A stretch of 20,000 bases of DNA from Chiloscyllium plagiosum (GCF_004010195.1 NC_057751.1:1643379-1663378), one strand, 5' to 3'. Shown: positions 1 to 9,111, counted from the first letter of the stretch. Translations and numbers: made by a program. Notes: generated by a model not told the origin, from the sequence alone.

Positions 1-44
1 GGAGTATAAACTATGAGAAAGCCGGGGTGTTTTTGCCCCCTCTC

Positions 45-66
45 TGTGTGTGTGTGTGTGTGTGTG
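45..66 (+). repeat. (TG)11 microsatellite
   Basis: Read directly from the sequence. Confidence 0.95.
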
Positions 67-222
67 TTGCTGCAGTTGAAGAATGGAGGCTGGCTCTAAG
101 AAGAGCTGACCAGCTCCAAGGCCCAGCGCCTGCACCACCACCACCTCCACCAGCAGCAGCAGTCCTGTTACTTGTTGACATCAGCTTCGGCGCGGTTTCG
201 AGGAGCCCATATCCGGGGCCCG

Positions 223-237
223 GTTACCCCTAGCAAC
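223..237. promoter_or_regulatory. RFX X-box-like motif in xpo7 intron 1
   Basis: GTTACC-CCT-AGCAAC fits the consensus GTNRCC(N0-3)RGYAAC. Confidence 0.45.
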
Positions 238-428
238 CCGCTCCCCGGGCCCGCTGCTCAGAACAAGCCTCAGGAGGAGGAGGAGGCGGCGGCGGCGGCA
301 CCAACCGCGGGTCCCCCTCCTCCTCCTGCTGCACCCCCTCCGACACGTGCCCGCCTCCCACCCCACAGGACACACGGCTCATCCCCCTCTCTCCAGCGGC
401 AGCCCCATCCCGGGTCTCTCTCTCTCCG

Positions 429-445
429 CACACACACACACACAC
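429..445 (+). repeat. (CA)8 microsatellite, preceded by a short (TC)n
   Basis: Read directly from the sequence. Confidence 0.9.
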
Positions 446-471
446 GCGGCTAGCGGCTCCATCCCTGGTAC

Positions 472-489
472 CTGCACATGATCCGCCAT
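472..489 (-). CDS. xpo7: Exportin-7, first coding exon (MADHVQ, phase 0); rest of gene lies beyond the left edge
   Basis: Reverse complement reads GGAAA-ATG GCG GAT CAT GTG CAG|GTACCA, giving MADHVQ then a GT donor at 471-470. MADHVQ is the vertebrate XPO7 N-terminus (MADHVQSLAQLE...). Kozak is strong (A-3, G+4), the exon lies in a CpG island, and dok2 is the neighbour as in human. Confidence 0.92.
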
Positions 490-699
490 TTTCCTCCATT
501 CATGCTCGGCCGCGGCCACGCGCCTGCGCACTGACTCTTCCCCGCCGCTCTTGCCCACCCCAACGGCGAGCCGCCCGCCGTGCGCCTGCGCCGGACGACG
601 GCGGCCGGCTCTCTCCCCCGACGCGCCTGCGTGAGATCACTCCTTCGATCCTCCGCCCCCGATCTGATCACGTGATCCGGCACCTTGTTGCAACTTTCA

Positions 700-960
700 A
701 CATCACACACCAGGTTATAGTCCAACAGGTTTATGTGGAAGCATCAGCTTTCGGAGCGCTGCTCCTTCATCAGGTGGTTGTGGAGAATAAGATCGTAAGA
801 CACAGAATTTAGAGCAAAAGGTTACAGTGTGATGTAACTGAAATTATATCTTGAAGGTTACAGTGTGATGTAACTGAAATTATATCTTGAAGAAGACCTG
901 GATTGTTTGTTAATTCTCATGTTTGTTAATGATCATGTTGGTTTCAGTTCTTTCAACGTG
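700..960 (-). mobile_element. Penelope-like element terminal region with degenerate hammerhead motif
   Basis: Minus strand reads cacCTGATGA-A-GGAGC-agc-GCTCC-GAAA-GCTG (776-745). The flanking sequence resembles an abundant shark Penelope-type repeat (recall). Confidence 0.65.
818..889 (+). repeat. Perfect 36-bp tandem duplication
   Basis: AAGGTTACAGTGTGATGTAACTGAAATTATATCTTG occurs at 818-853 and 854-889, followed by AAG microhomology. Confidence 0.95.
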
Positions 961-1034
961 GTCATTCTAAAAAACGAGAGACTTAACAAACAAAGCACAT
1001 AAACAGGGGAAAAAAAATCCAACACGTGGGTAGT

Positions 1035-1321
1035 ATTGAAACATAAAGTATGAGAGAAACTCAGCTGGTCTGGCAGTATCTTTGGAAAGAGAGAGAAAAA
1101 CAATGTTTCAGATCCATTGCCCCTTCTCCAAAACTGTTTGTGGCAGGGAAAGGGTGGGATGATATCATTGAGGTGCAGGGTGGGTCAGGAGTGGTAAACA
1201 ATAGGCAGAAGTGGGTACTGCAGATGCTGGAGATTAGAGTCCAGATTAGAATGGTGCTGGAAAAGCTCAGCATGTCAGGCAGCATCCAAGGAGCAGGAGA
1301 ATCGGCATTTTGGGCAAAAGC
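1035..1321 (-). mobile_element. Two degenerate Penelope-like terminal-repeat fragments (~1035-1135 and ~1215-1321)
   Basis: Both share the GCTGGAAAA..CAGCAGGTC..GGCAGCATC motif with the copies at 1937, 3050, 6260 and 15280. Confidence 0.6.
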
Positions 1322-1936
1322 ATAAAATGAAACATGAAGATAATATTTAGCTAAATGTAGATTGCTAATATCAGTACTCTGAAAATGAGAAAATTACACA
1401 TGTAGGTTCTCCAACTCATGTAAGAACCAAATTTGTAAATTTGCTTTGGAGCTAGTCAGATGAAAACATCTAGTGCATTGTCATATAACTGCCTTGTTTA
1501 AGAGTTTTGGTGATATATTAGAGTCCACCTTCACTTGCAAAGAATCCCAGAGAAACATATTTGCATATTTTTACCAGAAAGCAAAAAGCCTAGACTGTAG
1601 ATGACATCAGGAAGCCCTCGTGAGGAGTAAACAATAGCTGGGAGAAGGACCCAGAGAGAACAACAGTTGGATGCACAAAACAACGGGTGAAGTGTGAGCC
1701 TGAGGGAATCACCACTTTGCAGATCACCTAAATTCTGCGTGCAACAAAAACCCCTGAGCTTCCTGTTGCCTGTCATTTCAATCCAGCATCTCCATCCTCA
1801 GGTTTGCTATTGCTGCGGGAGCAGCACCTTATTTTTCTGCTTGGCGACAGTGCAGCTTCTTGACTCAATATTGATTATACTGCATTTGATAGGCATGGAA
1901 TGAACTGCCAAAGGAAGTAGTAGATGTAGGTACAGT

Positions 1937-2148
1937 GCTGAAAATGTGTTGCTGGAAAAGCGCAGCAGGTCAGGCAGCATCCAAGGAGCAGGAGAATCGA
2001 CGTTTCGGGCATGAGCCCTTCTTCAGGAATGGCTTATGCCCGAAACGTGGATTCTCCTGCTCCTTGGATGCTGCCTGACCTGCTGCGCTTTTCCAGCAAC
2101 ACATTTTCAGCTCTGATCTCCAGCATCTGCAGTCCTCACTTTCTCCTC
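1937..2148. mobile_element. Fold-back Penelope-like terminal-repeat insertion with 14-bp TSD
   Basis: Inverted arms 1937-2017 and 2031-2111 (79/81 complementary). TSD is GATGTAGGTACAGT (1923-1936) / GATGCAGGTACAGT (2149-2162). Confidence 0.85.
1995..2030 (-). ncRNA. Minimal type I hammerhead ribozyme motif (Penelope type), core intact
   Basis: AUUC-CUGAAGA-A-GGGC-UCAU-GCCC-GAAA-C-GUC-GAUU. It has the CUGANGA and GAAA boxes, a 4-bp helix II, a GUC triplet, a palindromic ACGU helix III and a short imperfect helix I. Confidence 0.65.
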
Positions 2149-2399
2149 GATGCAGGTACAGTTACAACATTTAAAAGACATTTGGACGGGTACATGAGTA
2201 GGAACATTTTAGAGGCGTATGGACCAAACACAGGCAGGTGGGACTACTTTAGTGTGGGAAATGTGATTGACGTGGACGAGTTGGACCAAAGGGTCTGTTT
2301 CTGTGCTGTATGACTCTATTAAAAATGCAGAGGTGGACATTTAATTTGCACAGAGACTGTAAAGTGCTTTGTAAAAGGAATTCTCAGGATATAAGGATG

Positions 2400-2735
2400 C
2401 AACTGTTGGCCATCCTTGGCAGTGACGATGTGCTGCTGCCTTCAGTAGCTTCAGTTCTTGATGTGCACGGACACATATGGTGCTGTGACAAAGTGAATTC
2501 CAGGGTTTTGAGCCAATGATACTGAAGGAACAGTAATGTAGTTCCAAGTCAGGATGGTGTGGGGCTCTGTTGGCTGGTGGTGCTGTCATGCACTTGTTCT
2601 ATTTATCCTTCTCGATGGGAAACAAACATCAGGCAGTTGTGTTCCATATAGTTGCCACTCTTTCAGGTTCAGGCAGTGATATGGCAGAAATCTGAGTGAG
2701 TTTCTCCAGTGCAGACTGCAATCATATCTCAGCAG
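2400..2735 (-). mobile_element. Old LINE 3' fragment (CR1/L2-like), same family as 7000-7212
   Basis: TTCCAAGTCAGGATGGTGTG (~2542-2561) is the reverse complement of CACACCATCCTGACTTGGAA (~7007-7026). Confidence 0.6.
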
Positions 2736-3007
2736 TAACGGAAGGAGCTTCATCCTCAGAACAAAGGAGCAGGAGTAGGCCATTCAGCCCCTCAAGCCAG
2801 TTCCACCATTCAATGGGATCATGTCTGATCTGTGGCTGAACACCATATCTGCATTTGGCACACATTCTTTTATACCTTTGCTAAACAAAAATAAATCTAC
2901 CTTGGATTTAATATGAACTGATCCAGCATCAACTGCAGTTAGTGGAAAATAGTTCTCAATCTTTCTGACCCTTTCTGTGCAGAAATGCTTCTGAACATCT
3001 CTCCTGA

Positions 3008-3593
3008 TTGAAAAGTGAAAGAACTGTGGATGCTGTAAATCAGGAACAAAACAGACATTGCTGGAAAAGCTCAGCAGGTCTGGCAGCATCTGTGAAGAGA
3101 TCTCAGAGTTAATGTTTCGGGTCCACTGACCTTTCCTCAGAACTTCTTCTGTTCTGAGGAAGGGTCCCCGTGCTGGAAAGTTAACTCTGAGATCTCTTCA
3201 CAGATGCTGTGGGCAGCACGGTGGCACAGTGGTTAGCACTGCTGCCTCACAGCGCCTGAGACCCGGGTTCATTTCCCGCCTCAGGCGACTGACTGTGTGG
3301 AGTTTGCACGTTCTCCCCGTGTCTGCGTGGGTTTCCTCCGGGTGCTCCGGTTTCCTCCCACAGTCCAAAAGATGTGCAGGGTCAGGTGAATTGGCCATGC
3401 TAAATTGCCCATAGTGTTAGGTAAGGGGTAAATGTAGGGGTATGGGTGGGTTGCGCTTCGGCGGGTCGGTGTGGACTTGTTGGGCCGAAGGGCCTGTTTC
3501 CACACTGTAATGTAGTCTAATCTAATGTAATCTAATCTAATCTAATCTAATGCTGCCAGACTTGCTGAGCTTTTCCAGCAACGTCTGTTTTTG
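3008..3593. mobile_element. Fold-back Penelope-like terminal-repeat insertion (10-bp TSD) carrying two inverted hammerhead-like motifs
   Basis: TSD TCTCTCCTGA at 2998-3007 and 3594-3603. The left arm (~3046-3143) is inverted relative to 3151-3209 plus 3556-3593. Motifs are gttCTGAGGA...GAAAc-ATT-aac (minus, 3143-3108) and a degenerate plus copy at 3151-3185. Confidence 0.8.
3210..3549 (+). mobile_element. Full-length HE1-type tRNA-derived V-SINE
   Basis: Pol III A box (GGTGGCACAGTGG) and B-box-like GGTTCATTTCC. V-domain TGTGTGGAGTTTGCACGTTCTCCCCGTGTCTGCGTGGGTTTCC. CR1-like tail GGGCCTGTTTCCACACTGT plus (TCTAA)n. TSD ATGCTG at 3204-3209 and 3550-3555. Confidence 0.92.
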
Positions 3594-4254
3594 TCTCTCC
3601 TGAACGGTCTGACCCAGGTTCTCAGACTATGCCCTAAGTTCAAGAATCACCAACCTTTGGAGAAGTTTATCTTTGTTTACCCTGTCTTTTTCTGTTAAAG
3701 TGAAGACTTTGGTCAGATAAACCCCAACCTTCCACATTCGAGAGAAAAAGACCTAACTTATATAATCTTGCCTCACAAAGTCTCCCCCAAAGTCCAGGTT
3801 TCAATCTTGTAAACCTTTGTGTCATCAGGAAATTTGGTGAAATTACTTTCTAGGCCATTACACAAATCATGAATAAATACAAGCCATCCCTGGGTTGTGA
3901 ACAAGTCTGTTTCCAAGTCCATTTGTACACGATTCAGAACACAATGCAGGTGAGTATAAAGTAACCATTCAAAAATGTTCATATTTCATATCTTTAAAAT
4001 TACACCCCTGCATGGGATCATGTTTGTAAGCATATATGTTTGTCAGTGAGACATTCTAAGTCAGGGCTCCCCTGTTATGTGAATAATTGAGGCCCTCATG
4101 CAGATCTCTGTGGGACACCACTTGTTACATATTGCCAATTTAAGTACCTCCCCATTATCCTTGCCACTCAACTTATTTCTCAGCTACTTCAGAAATACAC
4201 CGCAATTCCATGGGCTTTAGTTAACATTATCTTATGTGAGATTTTTCTGGAAGT

Positions 4255-4685
4255 CATATAGTCATACAGCACAGAAATGGACCCTTCGGTCCAACTCGTC
4301 CATGCTGACCAGGTTTCCCAACTAAACTCGTCCCATTTCCCTGTTTTTGGCCTGAATCCCTCTAAACATTTCCTTTTCAAATACCTGTCCAAATGTCTTG
4401 TAAATGTTTTAACTGTACCTGCATCTACCTCTGTAATCCTGAACAAGGGTTACACCCAAAGTGTTGACTTCTCCGCCTCCTGATGGTGCCTGGCTTGCTG
4501 TGTTCTTCCAGCCTCCTGCTTGTCGACCTTGGATTCCAGCATCTGCAGGTTTTTTGTCTCTACCACTTCCTCTGGCAGTCCATTTCACACATGAAGCACC
4601 CTCTGTGTGGAAAAAAAAGGTCCCTTTTAAATCTTTCTGCTCTCACCTTAAAAGTATGCCCCTGAGTTTGGAACTCCCCCACCCT
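4255..4685 (-). mobile_element. CR1-clade LINE 3' end, interrupted at 4430-4558
   Basis: The minus-strand ORF contains VDAGTVKTFTRHLDRYL, and the tail is similar to 10971-11100. Confidence 0.85.
4430..4558 (+). mobile_element. Short Penelope-like terminal-repeat insertion, 6-bp TSD
   Basis: TSD TCTACC at 4424-4429 and 4559-4564. Degenerate hammerhead (CTGAACA-A-GGGT-tac-ACCC-AAAG) and the family end CCAGCATCTGCAG. Confidence 0.75.
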
Positions 4686-5499
4686 GCGTGGATGAGAGAA
4701 GATTGTGGAATTGTGTGGCTGTGTCCGTCATGAATGCTGAGGGGGAACGTTTGTGGTTGTGGAAAAATTTCACTGAAAGTGAAATTTAGCTTATTTTAAG
4801 GATCATTAGCTTCTTCATTCATGTGTAATCTGTGCTGATTTTCACTTGTGTCAAAATGAAGGCTGCAAGTTTGTTGGTAATTTCTGAATTTGAATATCAT
4901 TGAATATATTTTGTTATCTTGGTTTATGGCTACCCCGCAGAGTGTGTAACAATATTAGGACTGGGGAATGAATTCTTGATTAGATTTCATTTTAATGGAG
5001 CATCTTCAAGGAAGAGAGAGTGGAGAGAGATGGAGATCTGTATAAAGAGATTTCCAAAGTTTGCCACTTGGACAATAATATCTTCCAGCAGGGGAATGTG
5101 TTAATTTCATGCAGTGTTGCATGACACAAGGTTAACTGGAAATATGTCATCACCAAGTGGTTAAATTTTTACCTGATCTGGTCAAACAATAGTGAACACT
5201 AGTTGTTGTGAAGTTGCCTCTCTTGAGATTATCAGTAATAGTAATGAATAGTGTGGCTTCTGAAAAGCTCTGAAGTGCTCAAACAAACTACAACAGCACT
5301 GTTTAAAATGAGGATAGATCTTTGCAATTTGAGTGATAAACGGACTGTTGTCACAGATTCACTCTGAGAGTAGTCAGTGCATGCCTGCAGGTTAGAGAAA
5401 AAGAAATTTTGGTAAATTGGAAAGAGGCTCACTTGAAAAAGAACGGGGGGGGGGGGAGCACTCCAGTTGTAATTTAGTGTCATACTGATGTCCTGTGCA

Positions 5500-6050
5500 T
5501 TTTAAACATTATGTTTTAATTTTGGAGCATCTAAACAACATCTACAAACATTCTCCTGCCCATGATCTTTGTCACATCTTCTACAAATTCCCTGAGGTTT
5601 GTCGAGCATCAGCTAGCTGTCATGAGTCGACACTGACTCTTCCTGATAAACTGAACATTTTTGTAGTTCTCCTTCATTGATGAAAGACCCCAACTATTTC
5701 CTCACCACACATGTAAGACAAACTGGTCTGTGATTCCCTGGTTTTCCAATATTTCATTCTTTTAAAAAGGAGAACGATGTGCAATTTTCCCATCCATGGG
5801 GATGACTACTGTATCTGGGGAACTCTGAGAGATGATAGTTGGGCATCTGCAGTGTGCCCCCCCCGACTTCCTTTAACACACTGGGATGGAAGCAGTCATG
5901 TCCTGGGGATTTGTCACTCTTAAGTTCCATTATTACCTCATGACTGCTGTTTTACTGAGATGATTTTTACTCAGTCACTGTTCCTAATCTGCTGTTAATT
6001 TCCTTGGGATGTCCAGCAAGTTATCCTCCTTTTCAATTGCAAATTCAGGA
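5500..6050 (-). mobile_element. Highly decayed CR1-like RT fragment
   Basis: Remnants of the KSPGxD and NxRPVSLT motifs on the minus strand (GACAAATCCCCAGGACATGA; ATCACAGACCAGTTTGTCTTACA). Confidence 0.55.
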
Positions 6051-6247
6051 ACAGACAACAGGAACTTTCTGTTTTGATGAGAGAGAATAGATGTCCAGCT
6101 GTGGGTACACGTAAAGGGAGGTAAGGAGATGCCGAAGTGAAGGACAGCAAAGCAGAGCAGACACCAGCATTGCGGATGCTGAAGATCCAAAATAACATGC
6201 TATCGACTTGTTGCTTTCTTCTTGTAGATTCAAAGCAGCCTGGTGTC

Positions 6248-6352
6248 TGAAATAAAGACAGAAATTGCTGGAAAAAGTCAGCAGGTCTGACAGCATTTTT
6301 GTGAGAGAAAGGCAGTGACTGTTTCAAGTCTGATATGACTCTACTTCAACCT
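6248..6352 (-). mobile_element. Degenerate Penelope-like terminal-repeat fragment
   Basis: CAGAAATTGCTGGAAAAAGTCAGCAGGTCTGACAGCAT matches 3051-3089. Confidence 0.65.
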
Positions 6353-6999
6353 TGAATATGGATGAAGAAAGCAACAGGTCAACAGCCCAGTGTCAGTCTA
6401 GTGTTGTGGTGGAGGGCGCATACCACACGGCCGTGTGGAAACTTGTGACCTCTGGTGCTGCTAACATAACCTTTGTGTCCAGCAATGTGAGAGAGTGTTC
6501 TATTCTTTATTCTGATCCACAGCATCAAACAGCTGGGGGCCTCACTTTGTCTGATATCAGTGAATGATATCCACTGGCTACAGCTGAATGAAGGGTTATA
6601 TTAATTTCCTGAGATCCCAATTACGTTCTGTATCACAAAGAAGAGATGCCAATATGCAGCAGCTATGTATAACAGGGTTTTCACTAGAGACACATATTTT
6701 CCTGAAATTTCCCCAAGTTGTTATGAAGGTGCATCACTCACTATAAAGCACATTCTTAAAGATGATGTTCTCCTTACTGGAACTCAAGTCATTGAGATTC
6801 ATTCAGTTTTTTTATTGATCTGTTTTGCTTTCATCAAGTCACAGAAACTTACAGGTTAGAAACAAGCCATTCAGCCCATGCCATATACTTTAAGATGAGT
6901 TTTCAGAAGTTCAAACTGATGCAGATTTGGAAAGGATGAGGAAAAAGATGACCTCTAAAATATTGGGAAAACCTGGTAAGAATCAGTGAAATCCCCTCC

Positions 7000-7212
7000 A
7001 AATCACACACCATCCTGACTTGGAAAAATCTCATTGTTCCTTCAATGTCATTGTCATTGGAGTTTCATCCCGAACAGAATTGTTTGTGTATCTACTCCCT
7101 AACACTGCAACAGTTCAAGAAGGCAACTCACCATCACTTTGTCCAGGCCAGCCAGGGATGTGTGATAAATGCTGGCCTGACCAGTGATGAAAACATCCCA
7201 TGAAAGAACAAA
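7000..7212 (+). mobile_element. LINE 3' end (CR1/L2-like)
   Basis: CACACCATCCTGACTTGGAA...TTCAAGAAGGCAACTCACC...ATAAATGCTGGCC; inverted homolog of 2400-2735. Confidence 0.6.
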
Positions 7213-7799
7213 ACAGACCTGGGCAGCATGCCAGGAAGACAACTGGAGCTTGGCCAGAGAGGGAGCCAGAGCCTTTTTTCACCTTCCAGACATCATTGCG
7301 TACAGAGCCCAGAAATACCACAGACAGGGGTGAGCACTCTCCAATGTCCCAAAGCCCTTCAGGTGAGTCTTCTCAGACAAAAACTGACACCAAACAAATT
7401 ATCAACAAACTGAAAGCTTCTCAAAGAGGGAGGTCGGAAGTATGAGAGGCAGGTGGTTGAGGTTTGTGGAGGGAACCCTATTCCATGGGCATAGAAGGAA
7501 GCTCTGAGACCTTGGCAGCAGTGTTTTGAAATATCTGACTTCTATCATGCCAAGGGAAGTGTGAATCAGCCTCCCGCTTGAGCCTGCGCCTTCATATCAC
7601 CATCCTTCACCTCCCTCTGTCAAATAAACAGTGGAAGAACAGTGGGATCCAAATGGGGAAGATGTGTCAAATCAGAGAGGAGAACCAACACCAGGCAGAA
7701 AGATAACAATGTGGCAATTGATTAATGGACCATGATAGGAAGGGAGAGAAACAGTGGAAATCTACAAGGAAACCAACAGATGCAAAGTTATAAGAAGAA

Positions 7800-8100
7800 T
7801 AAAAGGATTAAAGACACTAACTCTGAATTCAACAGTTTTTGAACACAACAGATGAACTGAGAGAACAACAGTATGATCTGGTATCTGATACAGAGCTATG
7901 GCTACAGGTTGGCATGGATTTGGACATGAACCATGAAGGGTAGAGGATAGTTAGGAATGACAGGCAACTGACTCGTTGTGAAGGGATGGTTCAATTAGTT
8001 AATGGTACGAACACAACAATGAGTGATGGCATCAGCTCAGGGAAATGATACAGGCAAAAGGTTACTTGGGAGAGTGGTGTACATGCACTACACCCCTCCC
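7800..8100 (+). mobile_element. Decayed CR1-like endonuclease fragment
   Basis: TATGATCTGGTATCTGATACAGAGCTATGGCTA (YDLVSDTELWL) resembles the YDxxxITETWL APE motif. Confidence 0.45.
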
Positions 8101-8104
8101 AATC

Positions 8105-8590
8105 TGTTACATTGTCCAGCCCTGAAACCCTCCCTATCACTTTCCCCTCCTCCAGCCCCAACACCTCTCCCTATCCCAGACCCAAACCTCCAACTCAGCA
8201 CCGCCCTCCTGACCTGTCAATCACCTTTCCCATCTATCCGCTCCACCCTCCTCTCCAACTTACAACCGCTCCCTCACCTCATCAGTGGCGGCCTCCAAGT
8301 GAAGTGAAGCTGTTGTCTCCTGCTTTCTATTTGCATCTTTCTCCTGGATGAGGTTCCTGGGGTTTGTGGTGATGTCAGAAAATGAACAGGAAATGACATC
8401 ACCACAAACCCCAGGAACCCCATCCAGGAGAAAGATATAAATTGAAAGCAGGAGACAACAGCTTCACTTCACTCCCCCAAGCCGACAAGCCTCATTCCTG
8501 ATGAAGGGCTTATGCCCGAAACATTGATTCTCCTGCTCCTCAATACTGCCTGACCAGCTGTGCTTTTCCAGCACCACACTCTCCACTCCA
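8105..8590 (+). mobile_element. Penelope-like 3' region (C-rich tract plus hammerhead-bearing terminal repeat), interrupted by a second fold-back insert
   Basis: Pyrimidine-rich tract, then ATTC-CTGATGA-A-GGGC-TTAT-GCCC-GAAA-C-ATT-GATT (8494-8529) and the same downstream sequence as 2050-2100. Confidence 0.7.
8298..8473. repeat. 80-bp inverted repeat (hairpin) with 16-nt loop, from a different Penelope-like family
   Basis: Arms 8298-8377 and 8394-8473 are 76/80 complementary. A truncated CTGATGA box lies on the minus strand at 8285-8279. Confidence 0.9.
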
Positions 8591-8859
8591 AATACTTTGT
8601 CTCAAGCAACTCAGAAAGCACCAAGAGGAAGGTAGTGCCAGGGATTTGATGGGGAATTGTGTTTGGCCAACAAGATCCCAGGCTACATCTGGAGGGACTG
8701 TGGGAGACATAGCAGTAAGTGGAAAAGCCAGGATGCCTGACCAGACCCCAGCACTTGAGTATTGTCACAGCCTGAGGGGAAACAAGCAAGTCAAGCCCAA
8801 CTATTCCACAAGCTGTCAGTAACATCAAAATAACCCACTGAATCACAAAGATGGCAAAT

Positions 8860-9110
8860 CTGTCTCAGATAAAGATAACTTCAGCAGTGGGTAAGTTGTT
8901 GGAGAGGATTCTGAGGGACAGGTTTTACATGGATTTCGAAACGTAAGGACTGATTTAGAATAGTCAGCATGGGTTTGGGTGTGGGAAACCATGTTCCACA
9001 ACAAAGTGACCAAGAGCATCGGTGAGGGCAGAGCAGTCCACATGGACTTTAGCAAGGCGTTCAACGAGGTTCTACATGGTAGACTGGTTTGTAAGGTTAG
9101 AACATGACTT
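8860..9110 (+). mobile_element. CR1 RT internal fragment
   Basis: Encodes LTSAVGKLLERILRD, SQHGF and AVHMDFSKAFNEV remnants. Confidence 0.75.
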
Positions 9111-9111
9111 G

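Larger units (their letters stand above)
120..690. promoter_or_regulatory. CpG island / housekeeping promoter and 5' end of xpo7
   Basis: GC- and CpG-rich relative to the rest of the window. Three NRF1-like GCGCCTGCG motifs (520-530, 581-591, 623-632), a palindromic E-box GATCACGTGATC (666-677), and a YY1-type CCGCCATTTT overlapping the start codon (483-492). Confidence 0.85.
1887..2320 (+). mobile_element. CR1-clade LINE 3' end, interrupted by the insertion at 1937-2148
   Basis: WNELPKEVV..GTVTTFKRHLD RT C-terminus, and a 3' UTR similar to the CR1 copy at 10590-10775. Confidence 0.85.
2760..3900 (-). mobile_element. Old CR1-clade LINE 3' portion, host of nested insertions at 3008-3593
   Basis: GGAGCAGGAGTAGGCCATTCAGCCCCTC tail. 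The minus-strand ORF retains RRDVQKHFCTERVRKIENYFPLTAVDA, a degenerate CR1 RT C-terminus. Confidence 0.7.

Noticed and set aside
27..725. Pro/Ala/Gly-rich ORFs in the CpG island, plus a 56-codon minus ORF at 181-11 (MSTSNRTAAAGGG...)
   Set aside because: These are low-complexity products of GC-rich triplet and dinucleotide repeats in xpo7 intron 1 and the promoter. They match no recognisable protein, and the nearby GT would be phase 1, incompatible with the phase-0 xpo7 junction.
818..889. 36-bp direct repeat as a CRISPR array
   Set aside because: There are two adjacent units with no spacer, in vertebrate DNA.
3211..3285. tRNA gene
   Set aside because: The A/B boxes belong to the tRNA-derived head of an HE1 SINE; there is no cloverleaf, and the sequence continues into the V-domain and LINE tail.
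5446..5457. Poly-G run (also 18330-18341) as a G-quadruplex element
   Set aside because: These are simple homopolymers with no supporting context.
6049..6126. Possible cryptic exon (TTCAG|...GGGAG|GTAAGG)
   Set aside because: It has a good donor but no recognisable coding similarity and borders decayed LINE sequence; it cannot be supported without transcripts.
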